Numbered from the stretch's first letter, positions 1 through 12,590 are shown. The stretch is DNA of 64,000 bases from Camelus ferus (GCF_009834535.1 NC_045696.1:90026001-90090000); one strand, 5' to 3'. The notes: generated from the sequence alone by a model not told the origin. Numbers and translations are program-made.

Positions 1-1390
1 ACAGCCTCCCTTACAACCCAGCAGGATGCCAAGAGAACCCGACTGTGGAGGTTGGGCTCTTCAGAAAAGGGAGACCAGGGCCTCAGGGAGCCAGAATTAG
101 CAGCCTTTTTCAGCTCAGCACTTACTTCCCAGCACAACAAAATCCCCCCTACAGCCACTTTGCCCTGATTTCACAGACATCGTGACTGCACAATGTCTAG
201 GAATAGGTCTTCACATCCTCTTCTGCCAGCAGGGCCAGTTGGTGGCCATCTCCCTAAACAGACAGTGGGTCCTGGAGGCAGGAATCATTTTTGCCTTCCC
301 AACCCCCTTATGCACCAGAGGACTTTGAACCCTTCAGAGTTCACCAAGGTGAGCTCAGATTGCAAACTTAGAAATGGTGCATCCGTGGCTGGGAGGGGTG
401 GCGGGAGACAGCCTCAGGTCACAGAATTTGAATCTGAGATTTGGAAGGAGTCCCTCTGTTTTTTGGGGTTTTTGTTAAGTGACTTGATGGGAGTTTGCTC
501 AGGGCTGTGGCCCCAGGAGAGGCAGCTCCACAGAGGACAGACTGGGGATACAGGAATCAGATAAAAGAGCAGCCAGCACAGCAGGTGGAAGGTGGGGAAA
601 CAAAGACAGGCTGGCCGCCCTGGGGGGATGAGCTCTGAGAGAAAACGACTGGGTGGCTGCAGCAATTCTAAGGACAGAGCCCAGCCAGTCAGACCCAATT
701 AGAAGGCACAGGCCCAGTAGGCTGGATCTAGGACCTGTGGCCCAAAGCACAGGGCAGGCGGCATTTAGGGAGGGCACAGAGGATGTGAGTGGGCTCCCCA
801 CACCACCAGGCTAAGATCACTGTTTCCAGTAAAGGGGTCCCTGCCCATTGCTTTGGTGGAAGACAGGTTGTGTTCCTTACAAAGAGCAGGGCTCTGGGGG
901 TATCTGCCATCCAATTCCAGTGTGTTTGAAGTGGAAGGTAGAAAGCAGCACAGGGACTAAAACCCTGGCACCAATTCCATGTCCACCCCACCACAGAGCT
1001 CCCCCAGCACTTTCCCACCTCACTCGGCCTGACAGAGCCGGCACACTGGAGAGTGCGGGTGGGACTGGCTGCAGCATTCCTCTAAAAGTAGAAATAAGAA
1101 AGCACCAGGGTAGTCTCTGGGACACTGGACGTGACTCTCTCCGAACCATGAGAACCGGGGACAGAGGAAAGAGGGGAAGGTGCTTTGAGAATGGACAGAG
1201 TGTGCCCATGAGGCAGGTCAGAAATCAAAACTGCAGGTGCATCTGCCTGATAGAATCACCCCGTTGTTCCACACTCACTGCTTCCACACGTGTTCACTGC
1301 AGAGTTACTGTGTCCTGGGCATTGTGCAGGATACAGAGGATGCAGAGGCAAGAAGCAGTTTCTTACTCTCAATGCACAGAAGCACAGCAC

Positions 1391-1395
<5 letters not shown>

Positions 1396-1427
<32 letters not shown>
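1396..1427. repeat. (GT)16 microsatellite
   Basis: Directly visible perfect dinucleotide run. Confidence 0.98.
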
Positions 1428-1429
<2 letters not shown>

Positions 1430-1440
1430 GGCAGGGGCAA

Positions 1441-1839
1441 TGCAACATATGCTCTGGTGCCCACATATAGCTCCTTGGCTCTCACGCTCCAGGATATGCT
1501 ATGTGTCCTACTGAACACACCTGCAATCCCCTACCAGTCTTCTTCCCATGACCTGCACAGGCCAGAACTGGCAGGGGTTCAGTGCCTCCATGAGTGGCCC
1601 TCAGCCAGTGATGGATGGGAACTGGAGGATGTACTTCAACCTGCTTCTCCCCATGTGGCTCCGAGTTCCCCAGCAGGCCCATGGGAAACTGCTGATAACA
1701 CACCTCGCACTGGCTTCCTTCACTTCCCTCTCTCTCCCACTTGCCTACCAGTCCTTCTTGGAATCACTTCCCAAAAGGCTACTTGCACTCAAATCCCTGG
1801 CTTAGGGTTTGCTCATGGGGAACCTCTCCACCCCAGGCA
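1441..1839 (+). mobile_element. ERVL solo LTR, LTR16 family
   Basis: 3' end 'ggaatcacttcccaaaaggctacttgcactcaaatccctggcttagggtttgctcatggggaacc' matches the recalled LTR16 terminus (cccaaataaactacttgcactcaaatcc...gggaacc). Internal 'ccctcagccagtgatggatggga' also fits. Confidence 0.7.
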
Positions 1840-4077
1840 ATCATCAACCAGTTCTGGGGAAGAGGAGATGAGCTCTAACCTAAGTCTAAAGGAGCAGGAA
1901 GGAGGTTACCACAGGGAGAATGGGGTGTCAGGGGTGGGGTAGGCTGGCATCCTAAGCAAATGTGATGAGTGTGAAAAAAAAGAGGCCAAGAATCTTCCTG
2001 GTGGATGGAGAACTTCAAGGACCCGGGAATGGCTGACCTATAAAGGGAGGGGAGAGGTGGGCAGAGATGACCTAGGAGGAGTACAGGGTAGCTGTGTCTC
2101 CTTGCCCTGGGAGGCCTCCATAAAGAGCCTTGTTTTTCTTTTGAAGGCTGCAAACAGACTCAAAGCTTGATGCCAAATGGGGCATAAGAACAATAGGATC
2201 AGCAGAGTAAATCCCTTCAATCCAACTGACCTGAGTTAAGACTGCAATGAATGTTAACGCTAGTCTCCTGAACAATGCTCACACTGGAGACTACGCTGAG
2301 ATGTTCAAAAGTTAAGTCCAAACAAAGGACACTTTCTCAAGAATATTACTTTCCTCTCATAGTTCTCTCCTCTTTTACCTAGAGAAGTCTTAGAATCGGC
2401 CCCATACAGCCTCTTAATGTTTAATGTTTTACTAGTACAACCCCACCCGGAAGCACCCGAGTGCAATCTGGAATAGGAAAAAAATTCTATTTTTAAAACG
2501 CCAGCAAAAAAAGACACTGCCTATGAAACTGTACGATAGAAGCCGTTCACATGCAATATTTGAAAGAGCTACCGTTGGTATGAATAATTCAAAAACAGCT
2601 CCAGACAAATGATCCTGGGATTATATGGAAATAGAAAAAACCTCCGGAGTCTGCTGCTCCTTTTATTAAAGCCTGGTTCACATTGAACACTGTTTTCTCT
2701 GGGGTTATTTCTACTACAAATGAACAGTCAATAAGGCAGAATCTCTGCGATCCTGCCAGTGTGGGAGCTGGAAGAGAAGTCATTTTGATCTTCTATTCAT
2801 TTTTACCTTGTAAATTATTAACTAATGTGGATTGGGTAAAAATTAAAAGCAAATTAGTCTTCATTTGTTTATTTTAATTATTTAGTGGGCTCACAAGCTT
2901 CATTACAAAACATACAGGAGGATGAATCCTCCCCTAAATATTTGTGTTTGCTGCACAGATCTGACACAATTAAGAACTGTTAGAGGTGTCATCCCTAAGT
3001 TAAATAAAACAGGGCTTTGGTGCCCCAGATTACATGGCCAACATCAGACTCCACCCTGACTTTGTTAACGACGGCGCTGCTGTCAGAACGTGTCAGACCA
3101 CCTGAAGGAGCGGGCGCGGTGCGTCCGAATTTCCCTGAAAGCTGAAAATTTTATGATATTCTCCATCTTAAATAAAAGCGCTTGCAAGAAAAATCCCTCT
3201 TTTACATCAATTTGGTTCTCAACGGGTTAATAAAGCCATTAGGTAGAGGTGATTTTGCAATGTCAAAAAGAATGACTTTGAAGGCAAGGGAATCTTTGAT
3301 GAAAAATTTCACTGCCATTAGGGAAAGACAGTGCCTATAAGAGGTAAATAGGACTTCTCAGTTTCAATGTATTTAAGTTAATGGATCACTTTGTACTAGA
3401 AAGATGAGTACGTGGGAGTTATCAGATAAAAATGAGCCTAGATATTTAAGCATATGTTTTACAGGTTCTCTCAAGTACATCCCAAATGAAGTTTTCACTT
3501 TGTACATAAAGTAAATAAATTGAGAACTAACACAAGGAAATGGTATCAGGGATATTCATATACAACTCATGCCAACGAACAAGTCTGTTTATTTAATATC
3601 TGACCTTTCAAAATATTAAAAATGATAACATCATTGTGTGGGGAAATTGGGGCAAAGGGAAAATAAAGGTGGAAAATTAAAAGAGAACTAGGAAGGAGAC
3701 CATTAGATCTTGAGATTTGGCTGTGAGATCCCTAGCAGCCAAAAATAAAGAGAAAACATTCATTTTTAAGGTTAGTTATATTCCTGCTAAGACACAGATA
3801 GAGTCTATGCCACATAATTGTTACATAATTGTTTCTAATCACTTTTGACTACCATCTTCTTTTATCCTTGAATAAGTGTCCACCATTCAAATTAAAATTT
3901 AATGAATTTTTTCTTAAAGATTAGTTATAAGAGTCACAGAATCATGGGAAACAAGAATAGGAAGTAAAGAATAAAATAAATATAATGATATAGCCAGGTA
4001 ATCTCACTTTCCTATAGTCACATGCCATTCAATTTTAGTTCAAGTGAACGTATCAGAATGCGTCGAATGCTGTAAAT

Positions 4078-4248
4078 CTGTGGCTCTCAAGCTGTACCTT
4101 GTGCGTATCTGAATCACCTGGGAGGCTGGATAGGTACAAAGATTCTGATTCAGTAGGTCTGGACTGGGGCCCAAGAATTTGCATTTTGAGCAAGTTTCCA
4201 AGTTCTATGGGTGCTGCTGGTTCGGAGGCCACATTTTGAAAACCACTG
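4078..4248. mobile_element. MER5A-like hAT-Charlie non-autonomous DNA transposon
   Basis: 'gaatcacctggga...gattctgattcagtaggtctggactggggcccaagaatttgcatttt...ccacattttgaaaaccactg' is the characteristic MER5A body and terminus. Confidence 0.85.
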
Positions 4249-5404
4249 GTACAAACGAATTTTGCATTTCTACAGTTCTCTCACTATTGTCAGCATCCTT
4301 AGAAACTTTACGTCATTTCTTTTTTAGTAAGTTTCAGAGAGAGATGCAGATGTAAAAACTAAGTAGACAAAACACCATGCAGAATTCATATATTGCTTAT
4401 CTTGGAATAAACTGAGACAGTTGACAAAAAAATCCAATCATGGTGATTATTTCCTAGCAATAATTATTATGCTACTTCCCTCCTTAATTCCCCACCCCTA
4501 ATTTAACCTTCACCAAAATGGAAGAAAAGCTGGGGAAGTTTTGGCTGAGATTTGTCTAAGGTCACAAAGTCAAGCTCAGTCCCCTAACAAGAGTGTTAAG
4601 TTCTGAGAGAGGGCAGATAACGTTAATGAAACTGACACTTGTTCTTGGAGATCTTGTACTTTCTGTTATGTGGGAACATAACCTATTGTTCTGGCTCGGC
4701 ATACCATGAGGAAGGGGAGGGACAAAGGCAGTGATTAAAAAGTAAAGCCCTTGGGTTCAGCAGATCACATGCTTTACAACCTGCTGGAAATGATAGTCTT
4801 TATGCCTTAATGAATATTTTAAATTCAGTCCGAATTCCTGGAGCAAATAAATAAATCACACCCCTTTCACTGAAACAAGCACTTCTGTCCGCTCCCCCAT
4901 CCTTAAATTAAAGGAGTGCAAGTAAAACCTCATTTTGCTATGAATGTTTGACTCCAGTAAAAATTAGCATAAATTCTACATTGACATATTAAAGGGAAAT
5001 TATACAAACGTGAAAAATGAATCGAATTTTCTCAAGGCTAAATCCTGGCGTTGAGTGAGGAATGTTACTGAATTCATAAATGTGAAAAACAGGGATGCAG
5101 CCTTTGTTTGTTTAATGGCTGACACTGATTTTAATTATTTATAACAATTCTTCAAAGTGTATTTTTAATAGTAATGAAGTCCTGAGACGCTAAGCCCACC
5201 TGACAGCCCTTGACTGTTTAATCCTGGGTGAGAAATATGATGAAATCACAAAGTGCTCAGAATTACACAGCTTTTGAATTAATGAAGCGAGAATTAACAT
5301 ACTTCCTTTATGTCTGAGGCTTTTATTTATGTACCTGAAAATATATTTTAAACCATTACAGTCCTTTCTGATTCTAACGTCGTGCTTCTGTGTAATGTTT
5401 TGGC

Positions 5405-5535
5405 TAAGACATTATATTATCCTAATAAATGAGAAACCTGAAGTCTTGAGAAGTTCACAGAATTGTCTGAGGTTAAATACAGAGTAAGTGTCAGAACCAG
5501 GCTTGGAACCTGAATGTACTCTGGATTTTTGCCCC
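5405..5535 (-). mobile_element. MIR SINE fragment
   Basis: Reverse MIR core: 'aaatgagaaacctgaagtcttgagaag...tgtctgaggtta...gtaagtgtcagaaccaggcttggaacc'. Confidence 0.6.
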
Positions 5536-6199
5536 TCGCTGTCTATGGCATCAGTACTGTGAGGGCAGGGTTACGGGAAGACTGTCTTACGAAGTGAAGG
5601 AGTAGAACTCACCTCTCTTAATTTATTCCTAAGGCTGCCATCTAAAGTCGCAAGAGCCCCAAGAGGGAAGGAAGGCGGGAAAACAGTGCCTAGGGGTGTG
5701 AAAGGACTGGCTGTACCCTGCTTGGTATTCGACTTTATTGCACTGACACTGCCTCCTCCTTTTTTCCACACTCTGTGAGCTGCTCCAAATGTTTACTTCC
5801 AAAGCCTTCTCAACCGCACCTCCACCCAAACCAAGGGCATCAATTTGCCATATCTTCAAGCTAGAGCTAGTACCTAGTTCTTTTTTTATTTTGCACCTTT
5901 GTTTTCGTTTTGCCCCAGTCTTCCCACATTTCAAGTTGAGATCATACCTTCCAAAGGCCAGTAATGTAAGTGGATAGTGAAGAGTGTTTCTACAAACATC
6001 ATCAATATCCAAGGCTAGAGGAAGCCAACGTAACTGACCCTTTCCCATCACAATTGTACGCATTTCCCTCCAGTTATTCTTCTACCCTTCCCACCACCAC
6101 ACACCTATCAAGATCCTACTTGCCCTTAATTTTCTCCCAAGTATCTCCTTCATGTAGCCTTCCTTGAGGCAGCTACTCAACCGCTCTGTTGACTATATA

Positions 6200-6460
6200 C
6201 TCTGCATTATGGTGGTTGTGGGTCTAAAATCTCCACCCTGTCCCAGGATATAATCACTTTGAGGGCAAACTGCTCAGCTGTGCATTCTACTTCAACCTGT
6301 ATATTGACATTGTCTTGCATGTAGTTAAAGCCCAATAAATACCTGCTACATTTATTAACATTTATTGAATTTATTCATATATATCTGGAACCTGGTATAG
6401 AGGATCAATAAATATTTGTTGAATGAAAGAATGGATAGAAAGTTGGAGACATGAATGAAT
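6200..6460 (+). mobile_element. L2 3' end(s)
   Basis: L2 terminus 'ctggtatagaggatcaataaatatttgttgaatgaa' at ~6392-6427, plus a second degenerate terminus at ~6310-6370. Confidence 0.65.
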
Positions 6461-7489
6461 AAACACAGTAAAAATGGACTGATTCACCTACTTTTTCTCC
6501 AGATGAAAGTCTTTCCCTTATGATTGCAAAAAACATACTTAATAAAGCATAACCTTGAGAGTTATTTCAAGAATCAAAATGCTTCCTGTCTCAAAAAAAG
6601 AGGGAAAAAACTGAGGGGGAAATTTTAAGGCTGCTGATGGATACATTTTTTTACCCAGGTAACAAAAACACTTCACTGCTCCTTCTCAAAAGCAAATGGG
6701 CTGTAGGTGATCACTCTGGATGAAGTAACAGTCAACTAAAGAGACATGACTCTACCCATGAATAGACGGGCTGGCCACCCATGCTGCCACAGCCCTGCAA
6801 GGCTTCTCTGCAGTCCGACCAGCTTCTCCACTGTTCTCTTCAACACACTATTTTCCCTTCTTCATTTTCTGTCTATACTGGTAGGGAATCACCATAGCAA
6901 CAATATGAAATAAATCCATTCAGCTACTATATCCTGGATGTTACAGCCTTGTTCAGAGGTCAGATTTCAAAGAGAGCAAAAGACTGAAGCTCCTGACACA
7001 CAGAGGAGGCAGAACTTTCTGCTGACCTGAGTAACACCAATGAAAGGTGCCAGAGGGTGATCTCATCGCTTCAAGCTCAGAGTGAGACAGCTGCAAAAAG
7101 GAAAAAAAGAAAAAGGAAAGAAGAAGAATATGATCACTCAGATTTCCTACTGCAGAGACTTTTAACTATCTGTGAGCAGTGCTGGAAGAAAAGGTAGAAA
7201 TAATTTAAGCAAGTTAAAAGAGTACAAACATTTTCCTTATGTGAAATGAAGCTATTCATTTCTTCATATCCAATTATCTTAAAATAAAGAAATTTCTTTT
7301 AATGATAAGAGCCACTGATTTATTTTCTCCTATAGGTAGTAAGATTGTCTTTTCTACCCAAAGAAGATAGCAAGATCCTGCAGAGTTAGACCCATTACAC
7401 ACAATGGTACGAGAGACAACAGGAATTGTGTGTGTCCACAGATAGAATATAGCAGAAAGGCTGAAAACAGACCAGAGGTCAAAAGAGCT

Positions 7490-7680
7490 TGGAGTGAGTT
7501 GTGGCTCAGTGACCCACCCAGCAGTGTGACCAGGAACAGGTCATGTAGCATCTCTGATCCTCAATATTTCACTGGTGAAATAAGGCTCATACTATCTGTC
7601 AGCTTACCTGACAGGGTTATTGTGAAGACACATGAGATAATGTGCATTGAAGGATTTGTCCAACACAACATTGTTCTGCC
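7490..7680 (+). mobile_element. MIR SINE
   Basis: 'cagtgtgaccagg...ctctgatcctcaatatttc...acagggttattgtgaagacacatgagataatgtgca' follows the MIR core. Confidence 0.65.
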
Positions 7681-8772
7681 TATGGTCAGTATCAGAGATC
7701 TTTGATTCCCAAATCGTGCCAAAGTTTTGCTAGCTATCCTGCACTTGCATACACAAAACCTCACGTCTAATGTGTGCTTGCACATAACTGAAAACTCTTC
7801 AAATAACTATTTTGCATAATCACAGTAATAGTGAAGGGTCAAGAGGCTTGGGTTCTGGTCCTGGATCTGCGAATAAATAAATGTACAAGCTGGTGTGGTT
7901 CACTTCACCTATGACAGCATCTATTTCGTCCCGGATGTCTGTTATACCTCCTGGCTCCAATATTCCTATAGAACACATTAAGAATTGACTGATTAGAATT
8001 TTGAAGCAAACACCTGTTCCTACTTATTTTGAAGGTAATCATTTACATGTGGAGTTTCACAGCCTTCTCTTCCCTCAACTTGTGAAGACCACTTAGGCAT
8101 CTATGCATAGGTTAGCTTCCCCTCCTAACCTTCACCCTGCTTCTCTGAGAACAATGACAATTGTCTGTGGAGGGTGTACAATACGATATGAGGTAGCATG
8201 CAGGAAAGCGCAGTGAAAGCAAGGGGAATTGAGTGATGAAGACAAAAGTCAGCACAGATGAGAAAGGAGGTTCTTCTGGGATGGCAGGGAGCAGGGGGAG
8301 GTCAGAAGCCATCAGAAGATTCAGACTACTGAAGAATAGAAAGAACCTTAGGAATCTGTGTGGACAAGTCCTTGGATTTCTTTAAATGGGAGAAATACCA
8401 ATAAAGACTTCATTTCGGCCCTTATTTTTAAATGCAGCCTGCTCTGGGCCACATGACTCGGCTTTATAAGCATTGCATACCAAATGCCATGAGTGACTTC
8501 TTCACATCTTACCATGGGCGATGTGACACCAGGATGGTGACTTCAGTGTTTTGTTCCAAAACACAGGTTTTCTTTCCCAAGAGCTGATGTATGGGTATGA
8601 CTGTACAAGTCTGCTGGTTAATATAAGCAATAGCAGAGCCAAAGCAGTTTGTTCAACTATGACTGAATCTTGTATTTTCACAGAAATCATTTTGGGCACA
8701 ATGATGACAAACACATGGCCCCTTAAACTACCAAAAACTAATATGTATCAGTTATAGAAATAGATATTGAAG

Positions 8773-8821
<49 letters not shown>
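8773..8821. repeat. Compound microsatellite (GT)5(TA)20
   Basis: GT run 8773-8782 and TA run 8782-8821, directly visible. Confidence 0.97.
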
Positions 8822-8825
<4 letters not shown>

Positions 8826-8894
8826 CATACAGTCTGAGAGGATCCAATTATTGAGATATCCAATAATTGGATCCTCTCAGACTGTATGTCTGTA
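8820..8894. repeat. Perfect inverted repeat: 34-bp arms, 7-nt spacer
   Basis: Left arm tacagacatacagtctgagaggatccaattattg (8820-8853), spacer agatatc (8854-8860), right arm caataattggatcctctcagactgtatgtctgta (8861-8894). The right arm is the exact reverse complement of the left. Confidence 0.97.
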
Positions 8895-10019
8895 GCTTAA
8901 AAAATCACTTATAAGGATCAAATCATTAAGAGTATAAAAAGGCTCACTGGGATGTGACAAAGCCAATACTACAAATTTTGAGCCATCACTTGGCAATAAA
9001 GTCCTAAAATAAAAGTTCTGTGTCCCTAGTACATGGCCTCTAGGTGACAACCAGCTCTTCAAGCATTTACCATCATCAATATCTAAACAACACAGCCTTC
9101 TCACTGATAGTTATTGGGGCCGTGGGTACCTGCTGTGAAGAACACTAGATCCCATGTTCTCTTGGGGGTACCAATAACAAGCAGTTTTCACCTCTGAATG
9201 ATCCCTGGGAACCCTCAGGAAATGGACTGAACCATGATCAGTTCAACTGGCAGTCGCTGGTTTTTGACTAAGACTGAAAACTGAAAAACAAAATTGAGTC
9301 AAATAATTACCCTCCATTTCAAGGAACTGTGACAACCAGCTGTTCAATGGAGGAAACAGAATAATAACATAGTTAGACTGCAGAGACATGACTGGTGAGG
9401 ACTCTGCAAAATGCAATATAGTCAATTACTCCATGCCTCGAGTTACTCCAACCAAATGAACAGACAGGATAGACAGACTAAAGGAGGACCTTAATCCTTC
9501 ATTTTTATTTCCTTTAGCAACAACAAAAAGGTACAACTGGACCTGATTAAACTGCACACATTCAAAGTAATAAAAGGGCAATGGAACATGTTCTAATATG
9601 TCATCATAAATAATTTATTTCATAAAAGTAGACAAATTCATGACTTAACATATAATTAAAATCTGAGTGTATGAGATATCTAAATAATTCTAGCAGGGTC
9701 TATCACTGTGCTTTGCATATAGCTGATCTGGAAGAAAAATACGACTTTGGCTGGTAATTTATTTATCAAAATCTTATCTCTAACTTGTAAAGAGAATTTA
9801 TTCAAATATCAATTTTCAATTTTAATTACCTGAAAATATTTACTATATTTTAACAATATTTGTTCTACTCTCTTGGCTAATCAGAAATTTCTCAAAGTAA
9901 ATATGGGCTCTAATGCAAATGATGTAAGCTACTTCATTATTTATAGTCCTAATTACAGATAGAAAATTCTTCTTGATTGTCAACATTTTAAAGAGGAGTT
10001 TTATTATTCTAATAAACAG

Positions 10020-11010
10020 TTCCATTTTCTACCACTTAGAGCTCTCTGATGGTTTCCCATCAGTCTTGTATGCAGATCAAAATCCTTAATATGTCCTACC
10101 AGGTTCTGTGGGATCTGCCCTGCCCAGCTCTCCAATCTCACTGTCCGTCCCCAGCTCCTCATTTGATGCCCCTCAGCCTCCCTGGACTTCCAAATATCAC
10201 AACCTGACTGCTCAGGCTCTCCTCTCTGCACAGGGTCTTCTCACCCACATTCTCCTTTGCCTGATTAACACCCTGATCTTTTTTTTCCAATCCCATTCTT
10301 AAATATAATTTCCTTACAGAAGCCTTCCTAGAATCCCCAGGTGAGATCTTGTCCCTGTTGGAAAGCAGTCCTCTCTGGACCTCTGGCACTCCTATGTATC
10401 ATCCTGAATGGACCAAGTCTGCAAAGCGCTTGACCATGCTTTCACCCAGACCATTTCTCAGGATTGTTTATGCAGCTGGCTATCTTAGACAGATGAGGTA
10501 GCACGTCCCTCTAGACAAACAGCAGGCTTGCTTACTGCTTGCTGTAAAAAGTGCTGGGCCTTTGACCATGGGTTTCTCAGCTGTGACACAAATCTACTGG
10601 GTGCTTAGCATTCATCTGGGCCCACCATCACCACCTGGGACTTGGGAACAATGCAATTCTACTGAAATTTATGCTGTTTAATGTGCCATGATTAATAAGC
10701 TGTTTTGCTCTTATCCATTAAGGTTCATGATCTACTTTTGTCACTTATGGGGGTGATAGCAGGTTTATGCCTTGCCATCCTCTACAAGGTTGTGTTATTC
10801 TTTGACATTTCTCTATTATTCTTCCCCAAGGCACCTGGTGTCTCTTCTTCACATGTAGTAAAATAGTCACTTGATGTCTACATTTCTAAGTAGACTCTAA
10901 GATGAGGTCAGGGACTCTGTTTTATTTGTAATTTTATCTTCCACCTCTGGTACCATATCTGGCACTTCTTGGGCCCTCAATATGTATTTGCTGATTGAAT
11001 GGATGGATTT
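10020..11010 (+). mobile_element. L2 3' region interrupted by an LTR40-like element
   Basis: 'ctgatggtttcccatcagtc...aaaatcctt...gggatctgccctgcccagctctcc' precedes the LTR. The L2 terminus 'ctggcacttcttgggccctcaatatgtatttgctgattgaatgga' follows it. Confidence 0.7.
10395..10807 (+). mobile_element. ERVL solo LTR, LTR40-like
   Basis: 'gcaggcttgcttactgc', 'gggtttctcagctgtgacacaaatctactg' and terminal 'ttctttgaca' match the recalled LTR40 consensus. TG...CA ends. Confidence 0.6.
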
Positions 11011-11078
11011 GATGATGATGATGGAAAATACGTACAGTTTCATGCACATTATTTCATCACATCAGATCTATGAGGGAG

Positions 11079-11537
11079 TATTATGGGTTGAATTATGTAC
11101 CCCCTCAAAATGTTGAAGTCCTAACTCCTAGAACCTATGACTTAGACTTTATTTGGAAATAGGGTTTTTGAAGTGTAATCAAGTTGAAATGAGGTTATAA
11201 TTAATTAGGATGGGCCCTAATCCAATATGATTTTTTTATAAGAGGAGGAGAAGAAAAGAGACAGAAATACATGAGGGGAGAATGCCAAGTGATGACAAAG
11301 GCAAAGTTTGAAGTGGTACAGTGGCAAGCCATGAGATGGTAACGAGTTCCAGCAAACCACTGGAAGCCAGGAAGAAGGAAGGAAGGATTTTCCCCGACAG
11401 GTTTCGGAGGGAACATAGCCATGCTGATGCCTTGATTTCAGATTTCTAACCTCCAGAAGCATGAGAGAATAAATTCCTATTGTTTTAAGCCTCCCAGTTT
11501 GTGGTACTTTGTTGTGGCAGCTGTAGGAAACTGGCAC
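11079..11537 (+). mobile_element. MaLR solo LTR, MLT1B/MLT1C-like, inserted into a MIR
   Basis: Starts 'ttatgggttgaattatgtaccccc', contains 'ttatttggaaatagggt' and ends 'gaataaattcctattgttttaagcctcccagtttgtggtactttgttgtggcagctgtaggaaact'. Confidence 0.9.
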
Positions 11538-11670
11538 AGGTGGGCACCACCACTCTCATTTTACAGATGAAAAAAGTGAGGCACAGGACAGCAGAACAAT
11601 ATGTCTAATGTTTCCCAGTTAGTGTGTGGCAGAAGCAAGAGAGAAACTCAAGCCCTTTCATTCCACAGCC
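11538..11670 (-). mobile_element. MIR SINE (continuation; other part ~11020-11078)
   Basis: 'ctcattttacagatgaaaaaagtgaggcacag' is the reverse MIR core. Confidence 0.75.
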
Positions 11671-12042
11671 TGCACTGAGAACCCCTATATAACCCTGCCG
11701 GTGTTGAACACTTTCTTTCACATCCCATACTTTGCTCTGAGGTGTCTCTATGGAAACCACCTAATGATTTAGCACTATAGACATGGGACAGAATTTTTAA
11801 AGTGTGATCATATCTTACATACAGTGTTATTCAAAATCTGGAAGATGCTAGAGGTTTGTAGCAACCCAGTGAGCGACCCACAGACCTCTGCACGCGGCCT
11901 CTCTATTGCAGCCCAGCCACAGCTTTCCATCTCTGGGCCTGCCTTTGCTGGTTCCTGATGTTGCTGGCGCAGCTGCGGTCCATGGAAGAGTCGCTAGACT
12001 TAGAATCAGAAGACCTTTTTCATTACTCTTTAAAAAATTCAC

Positions 12043-12320
12043 AACTATTCTGTGTGGTACCACAAATGGAGGATTCTTCTCATTATACATTTGTCAGAAC
12101 CCACAGAATGCCCAACACCATGAATGAGCTCTAATGTAAACTGTCACTCCAGGTGATGATGTGTCAATGCAGGCTCACTGGCTGCAGCAAGTGCACCACT
12201 CCGGTGGGCCATGCACACTGAGCGAGGCCGCGTGTGTGAACAGGGGCAGGGGAAGCTATACTTCCATTCAATTTTGCTGTGAATCTAAAACTGCTCTAAA
12301 AATAAAGTCTACTAAAAATG
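12043..12320 (+). mobile_element. Old L1 3' UTR (L1MC1/2-like)
   Basis: 'cattatacatttgtcagaacccacagaatg' and terminal 'caattttgctgtgaatctaaaactgctctaaaaataaagtctactaaaaa'. Confidence 0.85.
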
Positions 12321-12359
12321 TTTAATTTATATCCTACCATTCTCTAACAATGACTTTAG

Positions 12360-12590
12360 GGGGCTCAGTCAGAAGACCTGAGTTTTGATCCTGGCCCTGT
12401 CCACCACTGGATGTGGAACTTAGGCAACATGTCTGATATGATACGATATAATATACAATATGATATGATAATGATATGATGTGTTCATTAGTAAAATGGG
12501 CATAATGCTGCCTCCAAATCTAATCCACACAGTCTGTGACACAGCTATAGGAAAACAATGCATGCAGAGCCAAGTGAGACTGAGTTTCAG
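12360..12590 (+). mobile_element. MIR SINE with internal (GATAT)n expansion at ~12434-12480
   Basis: 'cagtcagaagacctgagttttgatcctggccctgtccaccactggatgtggaacttaggcaa' and 'gtaaaatgggcataatg' flank a degenerate pentanucleotide repeat. Confidence 0.7.

Larger units (their letters stand above)
1290..2100 (-). mobile_element. L2 (LINE2) 3' fragment, interrupted by a (GT)n tract and an LTR16-like element
   Basis: Reverse-orientation L2 motifs: 'tactgtgtcctgggcattgtgcaggatacagaggatg' (1306-1342) and 'ggaagaggagatgagctctaacctaagtctaaagga' (1858-1893). Heavily decayed. Confidence 0.5.

Noticed and set aside
848..1429. 193-aa ORF on +
   Set aside because: Non-ATG start, no recognisable domain, runs through an L2 fragment and ends in the (GT)n repeat (CVCVCV). 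Chance ORF in locally GC-richer DNA.
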